In this document: piece after piece, positions 13,449 to 26,561 of the stretch
Position numbering within the stretch: the stretch's first letter is position 1
How the letters are laid out: each line of letters begins with the position of its first letter
Assembly (NCBI GenBank): GCA_023515725.1
Contig: JALDTO010000266.1
Span: forward strand, 1,695,608 to 1,759,607
DNA length: 64,000 bases
DNA from: Amoeboaphelidium protococcarum X5
Lineage: Eukaryota; Fungi; Aphelidiomycota
Direction: 5' to 3'
The notes under the pieces: generated by a model
What the model saw: only the letters and a program-made list of their open reading frames with translations
Told to the model about the DNA's origin: nothing
Database searches by the model: none
Program-made: the position numbers and the translations under genes

Positions 13449-13649
13449 TGTTTACTTTGCTGTCGCTCTGTGTACTGTTGTTGCAAATGAATGCACCGCT
13501 TACCTTCAAAATAAGAGAGCTGCAAATTAGATGATGACTTAATAAAAATATTAATTCCCAGTTCCCCTGTTTTTGGACACGGCATCAAATTTTTTGCCAC
13601 TCACGCGTATTTACTTCTGTATTGACTGAGAGCCATGTCAATTCAAATT

Positions 13650-14090
13650 CAATGTCTCAGGTCTACTTCAAATATAGGAATATCAATCGATGGTTTCAGA
13701 GATCTATGCAAAACATAATTTATTTTATCTGGTGTTGCAGATACTTGAGTGGGCGTCAAGAATATCTGAACATCTCCTAGCAACTTTAGGGGGCGAGGGG
13801 CCTTGTGTTTCCAATTAGGGAATTCGTTTCCAATCAGAGCTGTTTCAAAGATTTCTTGCCACTTACAGTATATGGTCTACTGTTAGAATAAGCAAAATAG
13901 AATAGATAAAAGTCAATTAAATAGTATACGTGCCGTGTGGTTGAGCTCTATTGATCAGAGATCAAGAAACAAAGTGGCGCAGCAAATTTCTCTTTATCCG
14001 AGACGACGGTTAAGGTTAGCGACAGAACATAAAACCCAACATCTACTTCTTCTTCTTCTTCGTCTATTCCGCTTAAACACTTCACACGAT
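13650..14090 (-). mobile_element. Possible second MULE/FAR1-like transposase fragment
   Basis: YVLSLTLTVVSDKEKFAAPLCFLISDQQSSTT resembles the MULE LVxDxxGxGxPxAFLIS strand. No start codon. Confidence 0.25.
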
Positions 14091-14198
14091 TTCATTTAAT
14101 AGTTTCTAATACTTCTACTGTGAAACATGGCTTCATAACCTACCTTAGATTGGGCACGTAGTATTGAACAAAAGTTGGACGCTTAAAGCCAAATCATT

Positions 14199-14325
14199 GC
14201 TCAGTTGAACATGCGCATTACTCAGTTGAATTAAGACAATGCTCAGCTGAATTAAGACAATGCTCGGTGAATTAAGACAATGCTCGGTTGAACATGCGCA
14301 TGACTCAGTTGAATTAAGACAATGA
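14199..14325 (+). repeat. 21-bp coding minisatellite (gctcagttgaattaagacaat), about 6 units
   Basis: Directly visible tandem units encoding heptads. Confidence 0.85.
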
Positions 14326-14535
14326 TTAGCAGAAAAAAGACTATGCTGAGTTGAAGGCAGAGAATGCGCAGTTGAAGAAAGACGATGCTCAGATGAGACG
14401 AGATGTCTAAAAGATTGCTGATGATGTAAGTGATATTAAAGGTAAGATGCGAGATTCGCGTCTCGCTATTGCTAAATCAACGGCATCTAACAATCTCGCT
14501 AATTAAATGGTAATTTCTGCTTTCCGTTTCCTCTG

Positions 14536-14539
<4 letters not shown>

Positions 14540-14574
<35 letters not shown>
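14540..14574. repeat. (TA)n microsatellite inside intron 14510-14590
   Basis: Directly visible. Confidence 0.95.
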
Positions 14575-14576
<2 letters not shown>

Positions 14577-15359
14577 GAATTCTTGGGTAGATGACTTTTA
14601 TAAAACTACTATTGAGCGCTTGTTGCGTCGCGTTTATGATCGCTCTGGGAATAGCGATTGCAAGTGGTAATGCGACTAATTTTATGACGGGAATGCAAGG
14701 TTGGGCTCAAATTGCTTTGGGAGTGATGGGTGTTTACTATTTGGTTTAGCGTGACATTAATGACCACTAGGCCAACCTCAAAAATATGGAATAGCTGCAG
14801 CGCTCATATGATGACTTGTTTTAATCGACTGAAGATGATTGATTATCATTGCATTCCTTAAAGTCTTGTCCACATCTTTATCGTAACCCTTTTAGTCTCC
14901 GTGGAAAATTGCTTACAAGTGAGAGCCGCCCTCGCGACTTCATTCTTCGCACCAATCTTCTCTATCGTGTCAGTCGTGGTGGCTAAAACCAAAATTTCAG
15001 TCTCTTCCGTACCCACGGGCTTTTTTTGTTCTTTCCTTTATCCAGTTCCTCTATCTTGTCGCGCCAAAAATTGATCTTTAGTGTACCACCAATCATAACA
15101 GTAACATTTAGTAAAATGAACGGAATGACATCCTAGAACCCACGCGCTTGGCTGATTGATTGATTGATCGACGGGCGAGAGAGAATTGTCTGACTCACCT
15201 CTCTCTCTCTCTTACTGACTCTATTCTTCAATCATTACCATTGTTTCTTTATTGTAACATTGGAGGTTTTTATTCTACTAGACCGCGGTTTATTCAGAGT
15301 AATCTTCATTGCATTAGCGTTGCATAAACTCCATTTTCAATTGAAGACTAGAGGATAAT

Positions 15360-17549
15360 ATGACTGTGAAGGCTGAAAAGTAAATGTAAGAGAACTAGGC
15401 GTAGAGAAACAAGTAGAAGCAGCAGATGTAATAGACGACGGGTTAAGTGTAATCTGAGCAGGTGATGTCTCAACCGTAAAACCATGATCAGGGAATTAGA
15501 AAGATTAGTTCATTGGAGAATGTTGATGGAACTCAAGTTATTGCTCAGGATGGGTACTTGGAGCCATTCAGAGGTGCGCTGTAGCACAGATTTGGCTTCT
15601 TCAAGAATTGGCTGCACAGAATTGAATAGGGTGATGGTGGCCTGGAGAAGTTTTCGCGTGGCTATGAGTAATTTGGTCTGAATTACTCGCCGGAGAGAAG
15701 AGGCATAGTGTACCGTGAATGGGCTCCGAATGCGTAAGAGGCGTACCTTATTGGCGATTTCAACAACTGGGACAGATCCAGCCATAAGATGACTCGTAAT
15801 CAGTTTGGAGTGTTTGAACTATTTCTACCTGACGACCCAAAGACTGGTCGCAAGGCTATTCAACATGGATCCAAGGTGAAGATTACCATGAGACTTCCTT
15901 CAGGTGAGTGGGCTGATAGATTGCCTGCTTGGAGTCGTCGTGTGGAGTAGGATTTGAATAAGAGCACTCTGTACGAGGCGGTATTTTGGGATCCTCCTCA
16001 AAGTTACCAATGGAAGAATAAGAGTCCTCAGAAGCCATCTGATTTGCGTATCTACGAGGCTCATGTTGGCATTTCCAGTCCAGAGGCCAAGATTTGCACG
16101 TACAAAGAGTTCACCCGTGATGTTCTGCCTAGAATCAAGTACTTGAATTACAATGCCATTTAGTTGATGGCAATCATGGAGCATGCTTATTATGCGTCCT
16201 TTGGGTATCAAGTAACGTCCTTCTTTGCTGCATCATCTCGCTATGGAACACCAGAAGATTTGAAGGAGCTGATTGACACTGCGCATGGGATGGGTCTAGT
16301 GGTGCTGCTGGATCTTGTTCACTCTCATGCATGTAAGAATGTTCTGGATGGTCTGAATTAGTTTGATGGCAGTGATCATCAGTATTTCCATGAAGGTGGC
16401 AAAGGCCGTCATGATCTGTGGGATTCTAGGCTGTTCAACTATGGCCATTATGAAGTTTAGAGATTCTTGTTGTCTAATGTGCGCTTCTGGATGGAAGAGT
16501 TCAAGTTTGATGGTTTCCGCTTTGATGGTGTCACGTCAATGTTGTATGTGCATCATGGTATTAGCTATGGCTTCAGTGGAGATTATCATGAATACTTTGG
16601 TGATTTGACCGATTTGGAGAGCGTGGCGTATCTAATGTTGGCCAACCACATGATTCATGAGCTGTATCCGAATGCGATCACCATCGCAGAGGATGTTAGT
16701 GGAATGCCGACATTGTGTCGTCCAGTAGCTGATGGCGGAGTTGGATTCGATTACAGGCTGGCCATGGCTATACCTGATATGTGGATTAAACTGTTGAAGG
16801 AAAAGCGCGATGAAGATTGGAGTGTCCAAGACATCCAGTGGACTCTGACGAATAGAAGATGGTAGGAGAAGACTATTGCGTACTGTGAGAGTCACGATCA
16901 GGCACTGGTTGGTGACAAGGCTATTGCTTTCTGGCTGATGGACAAGGAGATGTATAACTTCATGTCTGATGTGACACCTCGTACTCCAGTTATTGAGAGA
17001 GGTATTGCTTTGCACAAGATGATTCGTCTGTTGACGTATGGCCTAGGCGGAGAGGGTTACTTGAATTTTGAAGGCAATGAATTTGGTAATCCAGAATGGT
17101 TGGACTTTCCAAGAGAAGGTAACGGCAATAGTTATCATTACGCTAGACGTTAGTTTAATCTGGTAGATGATGAGCTGCTACGCTACAAGTACTTGTATGA
17201 ATTTGATCGCGCCATGCATCAGTTGGAAGAGAAGTACAAGTTTTTGAATTCCACTCAGTATGTGAGCCGTAAAAATGATGGCGATAAGGTGATTGTATTT
17301 GATCGCGGTCCTCTGCTGTTTGTGTTCAATTTCCACTGGGACAAGAGTTATAGTGATTACCGTGTCGGTACTGATGTACAAGGTCCTCTGAAGGTGGTTT
17401 TGAATTCTGACAGCAGCGAGTTCTTTGGACACAATCGTATCGATGAGACGGTGAAGCATCACACCTCTGTCGGTGACTGGGATGGTCGTCAGAATTGGTT
17501 ACAGGTGTACATTCCATGCCGCACTTGTATCGTATTGGCCAAGGCTTGA
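15360..17549 (+). CDS. GBE1: 1,4-alpha-glucan (glycogen) branching enzyme, GH13_8
   Basis: IYEAHVG, YNAI(TAG=Q)[50 protein letters not shown](TAG=Q)FNL. One frame, with a Gln-rich N-terminal extension. Confidence 0.98.
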
Positions 17550-17741
17550 TTTATAATCTGAGGGTGATTTTGTTATTATAATGAGATGCTTTTAAAATGA
17601 TACCCGCCGAAGTAATAAAAGGAATTAAATTCTATTAAAGGAGATTAGTGTAAAAGTACATATCTGGTCAGTACACATGTACAAAGTTGCGTGTATTAGC
17701 TTCAAAGAGTAGACCATACATACACTCACTCAAATCAAATC

Positions 17742-18323
17742 TCATATTTTAATATCACGAACACCATCCTTGTCAATCACCTTGATAGCATACTCCTTCA
17801 GATTAACAATAAAGCGAGTCTTGAGCTCTTCCATGCACATTTTCAACAGTTCAATAGCCTCCTCCAAGTTCATATCCTTCTTGTAATGACGATCCATAGT
17901 GGACATTGTGAAGAATGAAGCATAGCCATGAGCAGCGAATGGAATCTTTTACATACTAGCCATGTAGTCCAACCAGTACAGCTCAGGTCCATCACGTTCG
18001 CTATAACCACCAATCAATGTGAACACATTGTATGGCTTGCGGGATCTCAGTGACTGAGCCAACTCACGCCGAGTAAAGTTGGCCGCTGCAGCTGTACTCA
18101 GTCCAATCTCATGCTTAATTCCATAATATTAAACATTGCGCTATATGTACTCAGCAAAAGTGACTGCATCTCCATTCTCACCAGAGTACACCATGGCAAT
18201 GTGACCACTCAAATCTCTGCTCTTATCCTCGGTAGCCTTCATCACCATTATGGAGCGAGCAACCACCTTATCTGCAGCTAGAAGTACAAAGTCTTTTCCC
18301 GTAATTCCAAATAATGCCTCCAT
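17742..18323 (-). CDS. PRE1: 20S proteasome subunit beta-4 (PSMB2)
   Basis: MEALFGITGKDFVLLAAD, GDAVTFAEYIQRN, LYWLDYMASM, PFAAHGYASFFTMSTMDR. TGA 17742-17744. Confidence 0.96.
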
Positions 18324-18593
18324 TTAATCCTAGAATGCTCTTTAAACTTGGAGCGATAATTGTTTAGTTGGTAAAAGTAAGAGAACAAGTTGAAATTGGT
18401 TGAATAAAACACGAATACAAGTCAGCGACGATCTGAACTTGACAAAGGAACGCTCTCTTCATTTGAAGTCACGCTGAGAAGAGCGAGCGAAGAAATTCTG
18501 TGCTGAAACACAACACAGTTCGACGCTCTTGATCTTCAAGAGATTCCAGCAAAGTCTATCATTTCATTATAGTTTACACTATCGTAGTGGGAA

Positions 18594-19727
18594 ATGTTGT
18601 ATTTGGTTCTTATTTGTGTTATTGGCTACTTCGCATATAAGAATGTCCCATCTCAAGACTCGTTTAGAGATTACATCAAGAAGGCTCAAGGGAACGAGAG
18701 CTAATCTAAATGGATCCCTAAATTCCTTAGATCACTCGCTAGAGAACCCGCTTATGACTATCAGAGTTATGGATTATTTTCGCTGGTTACTATCAGACGC
18801 TCTGGTTAGTTGTATCTAGGATTCATGAGTATCTGGATTCCATTATCAGTTCCTGATGGTGGCGAATAGTAAGGAGATGCATAGCGCGGTTACCAATAGA
18901 CTGATTAATTGCACGGTGTTCAAGTAGATGGGTAGATCGAATCTTTACAGCAGTAGGCAATTGATGCAAAGCGGAGTAAGCAATTTAAATATGCTGGAGA
19001 TTTGTATTAGAAATGTGCATAGTTATGCTTACAAGCTGCTAATAGAGAACTCCAGAGCGGCGGTGGTGTGGAAGCTGCCAGTATGTTTGAAGATGCATAT
19101 AAGTGCTTCAAGTAGTCGGGAGATAGTCATTCGCTCTGTTTATAATCGCTGTAAAACGCCGCTGAATTGTATGAGCAATACGATCGGTCGATGAACCGTG
19201 CTGCCAGGTGTTACGATACTCTTAGTGATATGCAAATGGACAAGCCTGATTAAGCCATCCTCTCACTCAGGAAGGTTGTTGACTGCTATCAAGTTGATGA
19301 TGACATCAGAGCTGTATATGCGCGATATAAACTTGTTAATGCTTATGCAACAACTAGTCGCTATAGAGAGGCTTTAAGCGAAGTTGATAATCTGCTGAAA
19401 TGCCCTCGATTTGAAGAAGCTTACAAATTCAGAATTAATGAGATTATTCTATGCAGCTGTTTGTGCTCCCTTGGTGTCTCTAGGCAGTTTATCGATTTCA
19501 TTGCAATGTAGAAGAGGTTGAGTGAAGAGTTCCCAGCCTTTGACGCGTCACGAGAAGGACAGCTCTGCCGGGATTTAATCAAGGCTTATGATACATCAGA
19601 TTCTACTTAATGGACAGCTGTTATTAACGCGTTCTTTAGTCTTAGTCCTTTATCATCAACTGAGCGATGGAAAATGGACATTTTAAAGTCACAATCTGAT
19701 AAACTGGATCATAGTGAACTTACCTGA
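18594..19727 (+). CDS. N-terminally membrane-anchored protein with C-terminal alpha-SNAP/Sec17-like TPR domain (377 aa)
   Basis: Single ORF. TM MLYLVLICVIGYFAY, small domain YGLFSLV..YLGFMSIWIPL, then SNAP-like EAASMFEDAYKCFK, RAARCY, FPAFDASREGQLCRDLIKAYD, RWKMDIL. Confidence 0.8.
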
Positions 19728-19857
19728 ATACATTGTGTCACATATCATTGTTTTACATTTTTTGAAAGTTGACAATCAAATTCTTTAGTATAAAAGTGTC
19801 TTATTCACGTTTGACTCAGTTTAGAGATATTTTAAGCATGAAATAATTGAATCGTAA

Positions 19858-21069
19858 TCATGGCTCAACCATCACTTCTTTAATCATAAGCTTAGTGGAA
19901 TCTTGTGATAGTTTGGTATTAAGATGATCCAATTGATCATCAGATTTGGACAATTTTTTAATTTGAGACTGCTGGAATAGAGACTTTTGCTTAGACTAAA
20001 ACTCTACAAACGTATACAATGCTCCACCTACCAGAGTAATTAATATGCCAAGTCCATTGAGTGAAGTTATGGTCAAATCAAAAATCGACACGGCCAGTAG
20101 GATAGACAGAACCTGCTTGATATTAGCCGCCACAGTCATTGTAAGAGCACTCGTCATCTTATTAGCAGTGAATGAGACAAAATTGAGCATGAAAGCTATA
20201 ACACCATTGAAGAACAGTGCCCAAAATACGGTAGGAGTAAACAGACTGGGCGCGTCCTCTGCAGGATTGCCAAAAATGAACTCGGCCAACTTCTGATTCT
20301 CGCCAGATAGGTGACCAAAGATAAGACATTGGACAAATGCGAGTGGGCTCATTCGAAGCAGCAGATCTATCGGATGAAGTTTCAACGATCCCACCTGCAC
20401 TACATTAGTCACTACAGTCTTCATGGCAGCCAAAAATGTCCCCAACAAAGTCAGTACCAGACCTGTTTAACTGAAATTGTACTCGCCCATGGTGGCTAAA
20501 CCCACGCCCATAATCACAGGTAGTAGGGATAGATATATCTACAGACTATACCTCTTCTTAAGAAATAGAACAGAGAGCAGAATGGCAAACACGGGAGTAG
20601 TAGCACGAACCACTTGATGAAACGGCACTGTGACCAGTTGAAGAGATATATTGGACGTGGCCTACACACACAGTATCGCGATATATAAGTTTCTATGAAG
20701 CCTCCAAATTTAAAATAAATAATTACAATGTTCACAGTGTATAGAACGGAGAATAAAGCCATGACAATGTTCTCCTTCATGGAAAGATGCGATGGCCGAA
20801 ACATGCCCAGCCAGTAGACACAGATGAAACAACCCAAAGCACTACACTTAATTACAGAGACATGATATCACGTTCCATATAGTATAAGGATGAGATAATC
20901 CATAGAAAACATAAATATAAACATACCTGGAGAAGGTGTGGATAGCAGTGATAGCCCAGGGGAACTTGAAACCAATAAACTGCATCACAGCCTTGTTGTA
21001 GATGGTGAGAGTGAGATTGCACAGGAAGTATAGCGAAAGCCAGAATATACTAGAAACCCTCTTCTCCAT
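19858..21069 (-). CDS. Triose-phosphate/nucleotide-sugar transporter family protein (2 introns: 20842-20926, 20662-20726)
   Basis: NLTLTIYNK..FKFPWAITAIH, NISLQLVTVPFHQVVRATTPVF, LLLRMSPLAFVQ, SALTMTVAANIKQVLSI. Confidence 0.93.
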
Positions 21070-21436
21070 TATATCTGCTATAGCTTTATAGATTTCTAGT
21101 ATGTATGTAAGATACGCAGATAATAATAGTTGAGTCTTGACCGAGAAAGTTTGACTCACCCTTGTAGACAGACAGACACAGAGACACTCAAAGACTCAAA
21201 GAGTAAGCGGCGAGGTGAGTGAATCTGAAACCGGACAATCTGAAAATCGATTCTCTCCTGACTGGCGACGTGACGCGTGAACGTTCTCACCAATCCTTGA
21301 GACTCAAGCTGCAATGACGCGCTTCTTCTTCCAAGAGAGAGAGAGTGACTGCTATTTCTCCTTGTCGATCGCTAAAACTCAGAATCTCGTCGCGTAGAAA
21401 AAGTCAAGACATATAACTGTAGATTTGTTTAGAGGG

Positions 21437-22273
21437 ATGACAATGATTAGACGGACTGTTCTTGCATTGCCTGTGAAAGATAAAGCTATAAATTTCTTTG
21501 GTGCCAATTCTCCTGTGGCAATGAATGTGGTATCATAGAAGCAGTCAGAGTCTAGTGGAAATGTTAAAGTTCCGTTCTCTCTCAGATTTAGAATGTTGGT
21601 TGATAAGTATGCTGATAAAGCACATACCAAATGGCACTAATATGGCTCTGTGGATAACAAGAGATCTTGGAAGTTCAAATTGTACTCTTATGGCAGTGCT
21701 TTAATGAATAAAGTTGACGCGGATGAATGGTTCTTGAAGGAGATCAGTCCAGTTGCCTCTGTAGATGACCAGGTGAATGATTATGGATTTAGAGTTTTGT
21801 ACCCATCGTTGATCGATAAGAGCACTGTAAAGTCACGATTGTAAATCATGTTAGACTATAGAATACCGTATCACTAAAAGTATAGGAAATTATCTGTCTA
21901 TTGCATTCCTTTGAGTATGTTAGGAGGAATTCTACCTGGCCCCAACGTGTTTCTCATGTACAATTTGTTCAGATTATACTCTCATGATAAGGCTTATAGA
22001 GGTGCTTGTCATTTGAAAGAGAGATTAGATGAAGATAGTTTCCAGTCTGATTAGAACCTGGATCTCCTACTTGGATAGCGACTTAAATCATTTAAAGGTG
22101 GCCACAGAATGGAGTATGAGCCAAGTGCGTCGCTTCTTAATTAGTTGAGACGAGATTATGATATGCCTCCCGGAACTTTTTAGACGCATGTTAATAGAGC
22201 CATCACTCAAGCGCTTTCTAAACAGGGTGGCGATGGAGATTAAAGTTTAGAGAAGCAAGTAAAATAAAAATGA
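21437..22273 (+). CDS. Mitochondrial K+/H+ exchange-related protein (Mit_KHE1/YDL183C-like)
   Basis: EWFLKEISP, VLYPS, GILPGPNVFLMYNLFRLYSHDKAYRGACHL. Confidence 0.75.
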
Positions 22274-22347
22274 ACATTGAATAGATAGATGAGTAGATGT
22301 GATAACTATTTATTTTACATTTACACGATACCTTTGTATATTTAACA

Positions 22348-22762
22348 TCATTTATTTCCTAAATTCTATTGGTGAAAAGACTAGATCTCAGCTTTAAGGT
22401 GCTACCATTTCTACCGTGAATCCACGTCCTCATTTATCAAACTCACAGTTGCACTACATATTGAAGCCAGAATTCGCGTTAAATATATATTTATCACATC
22501 TACATTAGAATTCTTACACGTTTGTAGACTTTATAATTTAAGTTCCAAGAGGGACTAATTGCATCTCATCTTCAAGAGAAAACAACCGTTCTATAGCGTC
22601 CCCAATCGCGATATTACTCTGCGAATCCACGGCCACAAGCTCCCCAACCAACAATCTTCCATCATATGTAATCACTATGACTTATTCTACAAAAGAACGG
22701 ATTGCATTTACTCGGTTTAAAGTTAAAATCTTACTATCGACAAACGTTTTAAGACCGTCCAT
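22348..22762 (-). CDS. LSM8: U6 snRNA-associated Sm-like protein LSm8 (introns 22687-22734, 22454-22517)
   Basis: Spliced product MDGLKTFVDKQVIVITYDGRLLVGEL..DSQSNI..AIERLFS..VPLGTQIIKSTNVATVSLINEDVD. Confidence 0.85.
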
Positions 22763-23522
22763 TGTTACTTTTATATTACTGAATAGCTGCAAAGAAGGTG
22801 CGATTAAGCGAGTTTAAGTGGGAAGATGGTCGAAAGCTTGACAGAGACACGCAAGCGTGCGATTTATGTCGAACGGCATATCAACGACTCCACGCTTGTC
22901 TCAATAGGTAATCCACCATGAAATGTACTCAAGCACCTTGAGATATTTGGCTGCCCTTGATGGTGACATTCCACTCACGGCAATATTGAGCTCTACAGGC
23001 GTGTTTTGATATCACTGAGACACTGACGCGTTTAACCCGTCTCCCGCTGGCTTTCTATCTAAACTCAAGCTCTTGTTACTATTGTCTATAATGTTTCGAC
23101 CGCCACGTCACATCGTACCTGTTTAGAGCAATCGGGATGTGACCGACGTGAAAGAGACTAAAAGTGAGACTGTCCTGATATTTTTAACTGCAGTTAGCCG
23201 GTAATTCAAACTGTAGATTCACAAGCAAAATATATAAGGCTCCACAACGGTCTGCAGAACTATTGCAGTTTTCAATCGGGGATATTTGGACTAGTATATC
23301 AGTTTAGTCCAGCTCAGAATGATGATTTCTCCATCATGTCGTTGTGCAGGCAGAGCTGGTTTGTTTGTTATCACTGCGAGTTTGTTTGTTCAACTCCACA
23401 ACTTCTCACCGGCCTTCCGCTCTCCTCTCTTCTCTTCTCTTCTCTTTATCAAGATACTCTCTGGTAATTGTGGATAATATATCTGGCACTCTTGGAGTGT
23501 TTCCTGCTCTGTAATGGAGCTT

Positions 23523-23579
23523 CTGCATCATAATGATATTTCTGTATCGTAATGATATCTCTGCATCATAATGATGTGG
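23523..23579. repeat. 19-bp tandem repeat x3 containing the inverted repeat ATCAT-A-ATGAT
   Basis: ctgcatcataatgatattt / ctgtatcgtaatgatatct / ctgcatcataatgatgtgg. Confidence 0.8.
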
Positions 23580-23739
23580 CTGCCTCCGGGTAGTCTCCCC
23601 CCTTCTCTTATCCATTCTAACCTCTTCAGAACTCCATCTGCCTCTTCAGATCTGAAAAGCTTCTCTATTAGACGCTTCCCATTCAGTGAAACAGGAAGGA
23701 ACCACCCGTTTCATAGTTTCAACGCGTCCTGATTACTGA

Positions 23740-25270
23740 TGAAGTGTTTTAGTCAAAGTCGGTATGATTATGATTACCAATATCAAAAGACATTTCAATA
23801 CTGCTGGAGCATTGATCAACTCAAGTCAATGCCCATACAATCATAACAACTTATTAATCACAATCCAAGAAAGGGAAGGAGACGACATGATTCGCGTTTC
23901 AGTAAAAAAAGCACTACTGTAGTCTCATAACATCACGCTGGGTGACAAGTTGTATTTGCGCCATTTGATTTGTCTGAAGAGGAGGAATTAGTCTTTGAAT
24001 TGGATTCCACTGGGGCGTTGAAGAAGCTTGAAGATCAACACAATATGAGCTTGCCGTTGACACAATGCATATAAGATCTATAACGTGGTTAACATCAGCT
24101 ACTGAGTTCACGTTTGAATCAGAGCGCCTTGAACCTCATGACTGTGAAATGCTCGATCAAATCACATTCTTAGGTACCGCGAAATCTAGGACAACTTTTA
24201 TCATAGGCACAGTCTTTCGCATGGACTAATCTGCGGACAAGTCATGCCTGAAAGTGATGATCCATGAAGGAACTGCAAGCGCTGCAGTAACTTGTTACGG
24301 AAAATTTACAGAACTCTTACCAAATGCTCTAAAAATTGGCTTGACCCTTGCACTCTACAATGTTTCTCTGACAAGGCGCGATACAGGAGTCTCTATCACG
24401 TTGGGAAGTAGAGTAAATGCGTCCCAAGTAGGAACTTTAGATCCGTACTTCTTAATCAGCAGCACTTGCAGTGTACTTATCAGCTGCATAATTCTGAATA
24501 GCAATGAAATATGAAAGTCCAACTACCAAAAGTATGAGCTGAATACTGTCGTAACTTCTAATTTTTTCAATGTATTCCACTTCTTTATGTAAAGTCAGTA
24601 GTACGCGTAATGTATCGCAGACAAACAGGATTCGTGCCACGTTTCAAGTTCAGACGAGGTGATATTTAACAGCAGCACACTGACGTTAAGACAAGAACCA
24701 AGGCATAGCAAGTAACAGATATAGATGATACTGATCAATCATCGCAACAAAAAGACGCCACCACGACTTGTTATATATATCTAATTGTACCACAGAAAAT
24801 TATCAGTGTTGCTCTTCTCCGAGTTGTTTACCCTTAGTATAAACTCCATTCAGAATCCAAGTCTATCCACGAGTAGGACAGAATGCTTTACAGAACCCGA
24901 CCTGAAATGCTACGTACTAACGCGTATGCAGCGAAAATGACATGCCCATTGACGAGAGGTCATGCAATTTCTTAGAGCAATATCTAAGGGACGATGGAAT
25001 TGTGATCTTTCATTCATATGGAAGTGCATCAATTAGTTGGAAGGTTGAACAAGCGGATGATCTCCACACGGATGGTGTTACGTGGGCTGCTTTTACAATT
25101 AGTACTGGCAGAGACACGGGAACCACCGTTCCAATGGACATATTTGTCAGTCATGGAAAACACTATTTCCAGATAAAAATTATATTCAATTAATCAAATT
25201 CACTCTTCAAAAAATCCTACCAAAAACTCTTCTCAGAAGAACCGTGTCAATAGAGGCGGACCCCTTGATC
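23740..25270 (+). pseudogene. Decayed multi-OB-fold (RPA/ssDNA-binding-like) gene
   Basis: FIIGTVFRM..LKVMIHEGTASAAVTCYGKF..LKIGLTLALYNV and LLITIQE..IRVSV..ITLGDKLYL are OB-fold-like. Frames broken by TGA. Confidence 0.3.
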
Positions 25271-25629
25271 AGCCACAGGCGAACGACTCAATCTTCATAA
25301 CCTGAGAAACCGTCAATACATCTAACAGATGGTGTTTCCTAGCACCAATCCCGACGTGAATGGGAATAGCTCGACCGCTCGCATACAAGAGTATTACATT
25401 AATTTCAAAATAAAATCAGGAAGCCGGGAATACTCTTGTATTGCAAGGGAGGAATCACCAATACAGATAGTGGACTTTCGATCTTAATCTCAAGGAGATC
25501 AGCCAAGACACGCAAGGATCATGTTTCTCACTCATTCCTGTTTCAGCTTTTTGAAGATAGCTATTCTTTTGCAAACTGAATGCTATTGACATAAAATAAG
25601 TAAGCCATTTTCACCAGTAACAGTAAAGT

Positions 25630-26257
25630 ATGAATGGTGAAAGCTATAGACTTATGCATTAGAAGTATATGATCAATGGACGTGATTTGACGCGTCAAAA
25701 CTCTACGTACTGCCTATAAACTGAGCGTGTCAATGCTGATAAGAGAGTTCTGGTTGGCGATTAGATTCACTTTTAGTCAGTAATCAAGTCGAATGAGAAG
25801 AGCATTGGCTAAATGTAAACTCTTGATTAAAAGTTGGAATAAGTTCTCAAGAGTCTGCTGCTACAACAGAAAGTTTTATTGGTACGAGTTTACTAGCATT
25901 TTTGTACAAAGTACATGATAATGCTTGGAAATGTAGGAAATAACAGTGAAAGAAATATCGCAATTTGAAACTACATGTAAAGAGTAAATGCAGATCATGT
26001 TGGAAAAGATCAAAGAATGCTCAGCTTTGATCAATGATTATCACAACAAGACCGACGCGTTATTGAGCAACTGCGTATCTAACTGGCACGAGACTCGCCA
26101 ACAGTGGTCCACAGCAGAAGCCGAGTTTCAAAAAGTCCAAAAAGCTGTGCAGAAGCAGTCTACTTCAAAGAAAAGGCCAATCACCCAATGGCCGAAACGA
26201 AACGTCAGAGCGAAACAATTCAAGTCGACCCTGGGTGCACTGAATGAGTCCGATTGA
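25630..26257 (+). CDS. Coiled-coil hypothetical protein (intron 25882-25936); start uncertain
   Basis: Table-6 open frames joined by a GT..TGTAG intron; ends at TGA 26255-26257. Confidence 0.5.
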
Positions 26258-26561
26258 ATATACGATGGGAAGTCTGTGAATATGAACAGCTTTCTATTAC
26301 GACTCGTGCGGTTACTATTATAATGACTCAGTCTAACAAGAATCATGCTTACAAAAAATAAAGTACTTGACTAAGAACGAGTGGTTTCATAGTTGTTTAC
26401 TTCAATCATTGCTTGGTAACGGGAGCGGCCTAGCAGAAGCTAAGCGCTTCGCAACAGTTCTATTTTCACACCAGGTGATTGATTTAATTTTGGAAACAAC
26501 TCAAACGCATCAAGCGCACGTTCTCTGTATAAATAGATTTTGTATTGTATTCGGCTGCAGT

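Larger units (their letters stand above)
14127..14842 (+). pseudogene. Heptad-repeat coiled-coil protein with C-terminal TM hairpin; 1-nt frameshift in the repeat
   Basis: ATG 14127 MASQPTLDWARSIEQKLDA. 21-nt repeats encode AQLNQDN; one unit lacks a T, giving TGA 14268-14270. Intron 14510-14590; hydrophobic exon 2 ends at TGA 14840-14842. Confidence 0.6.
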
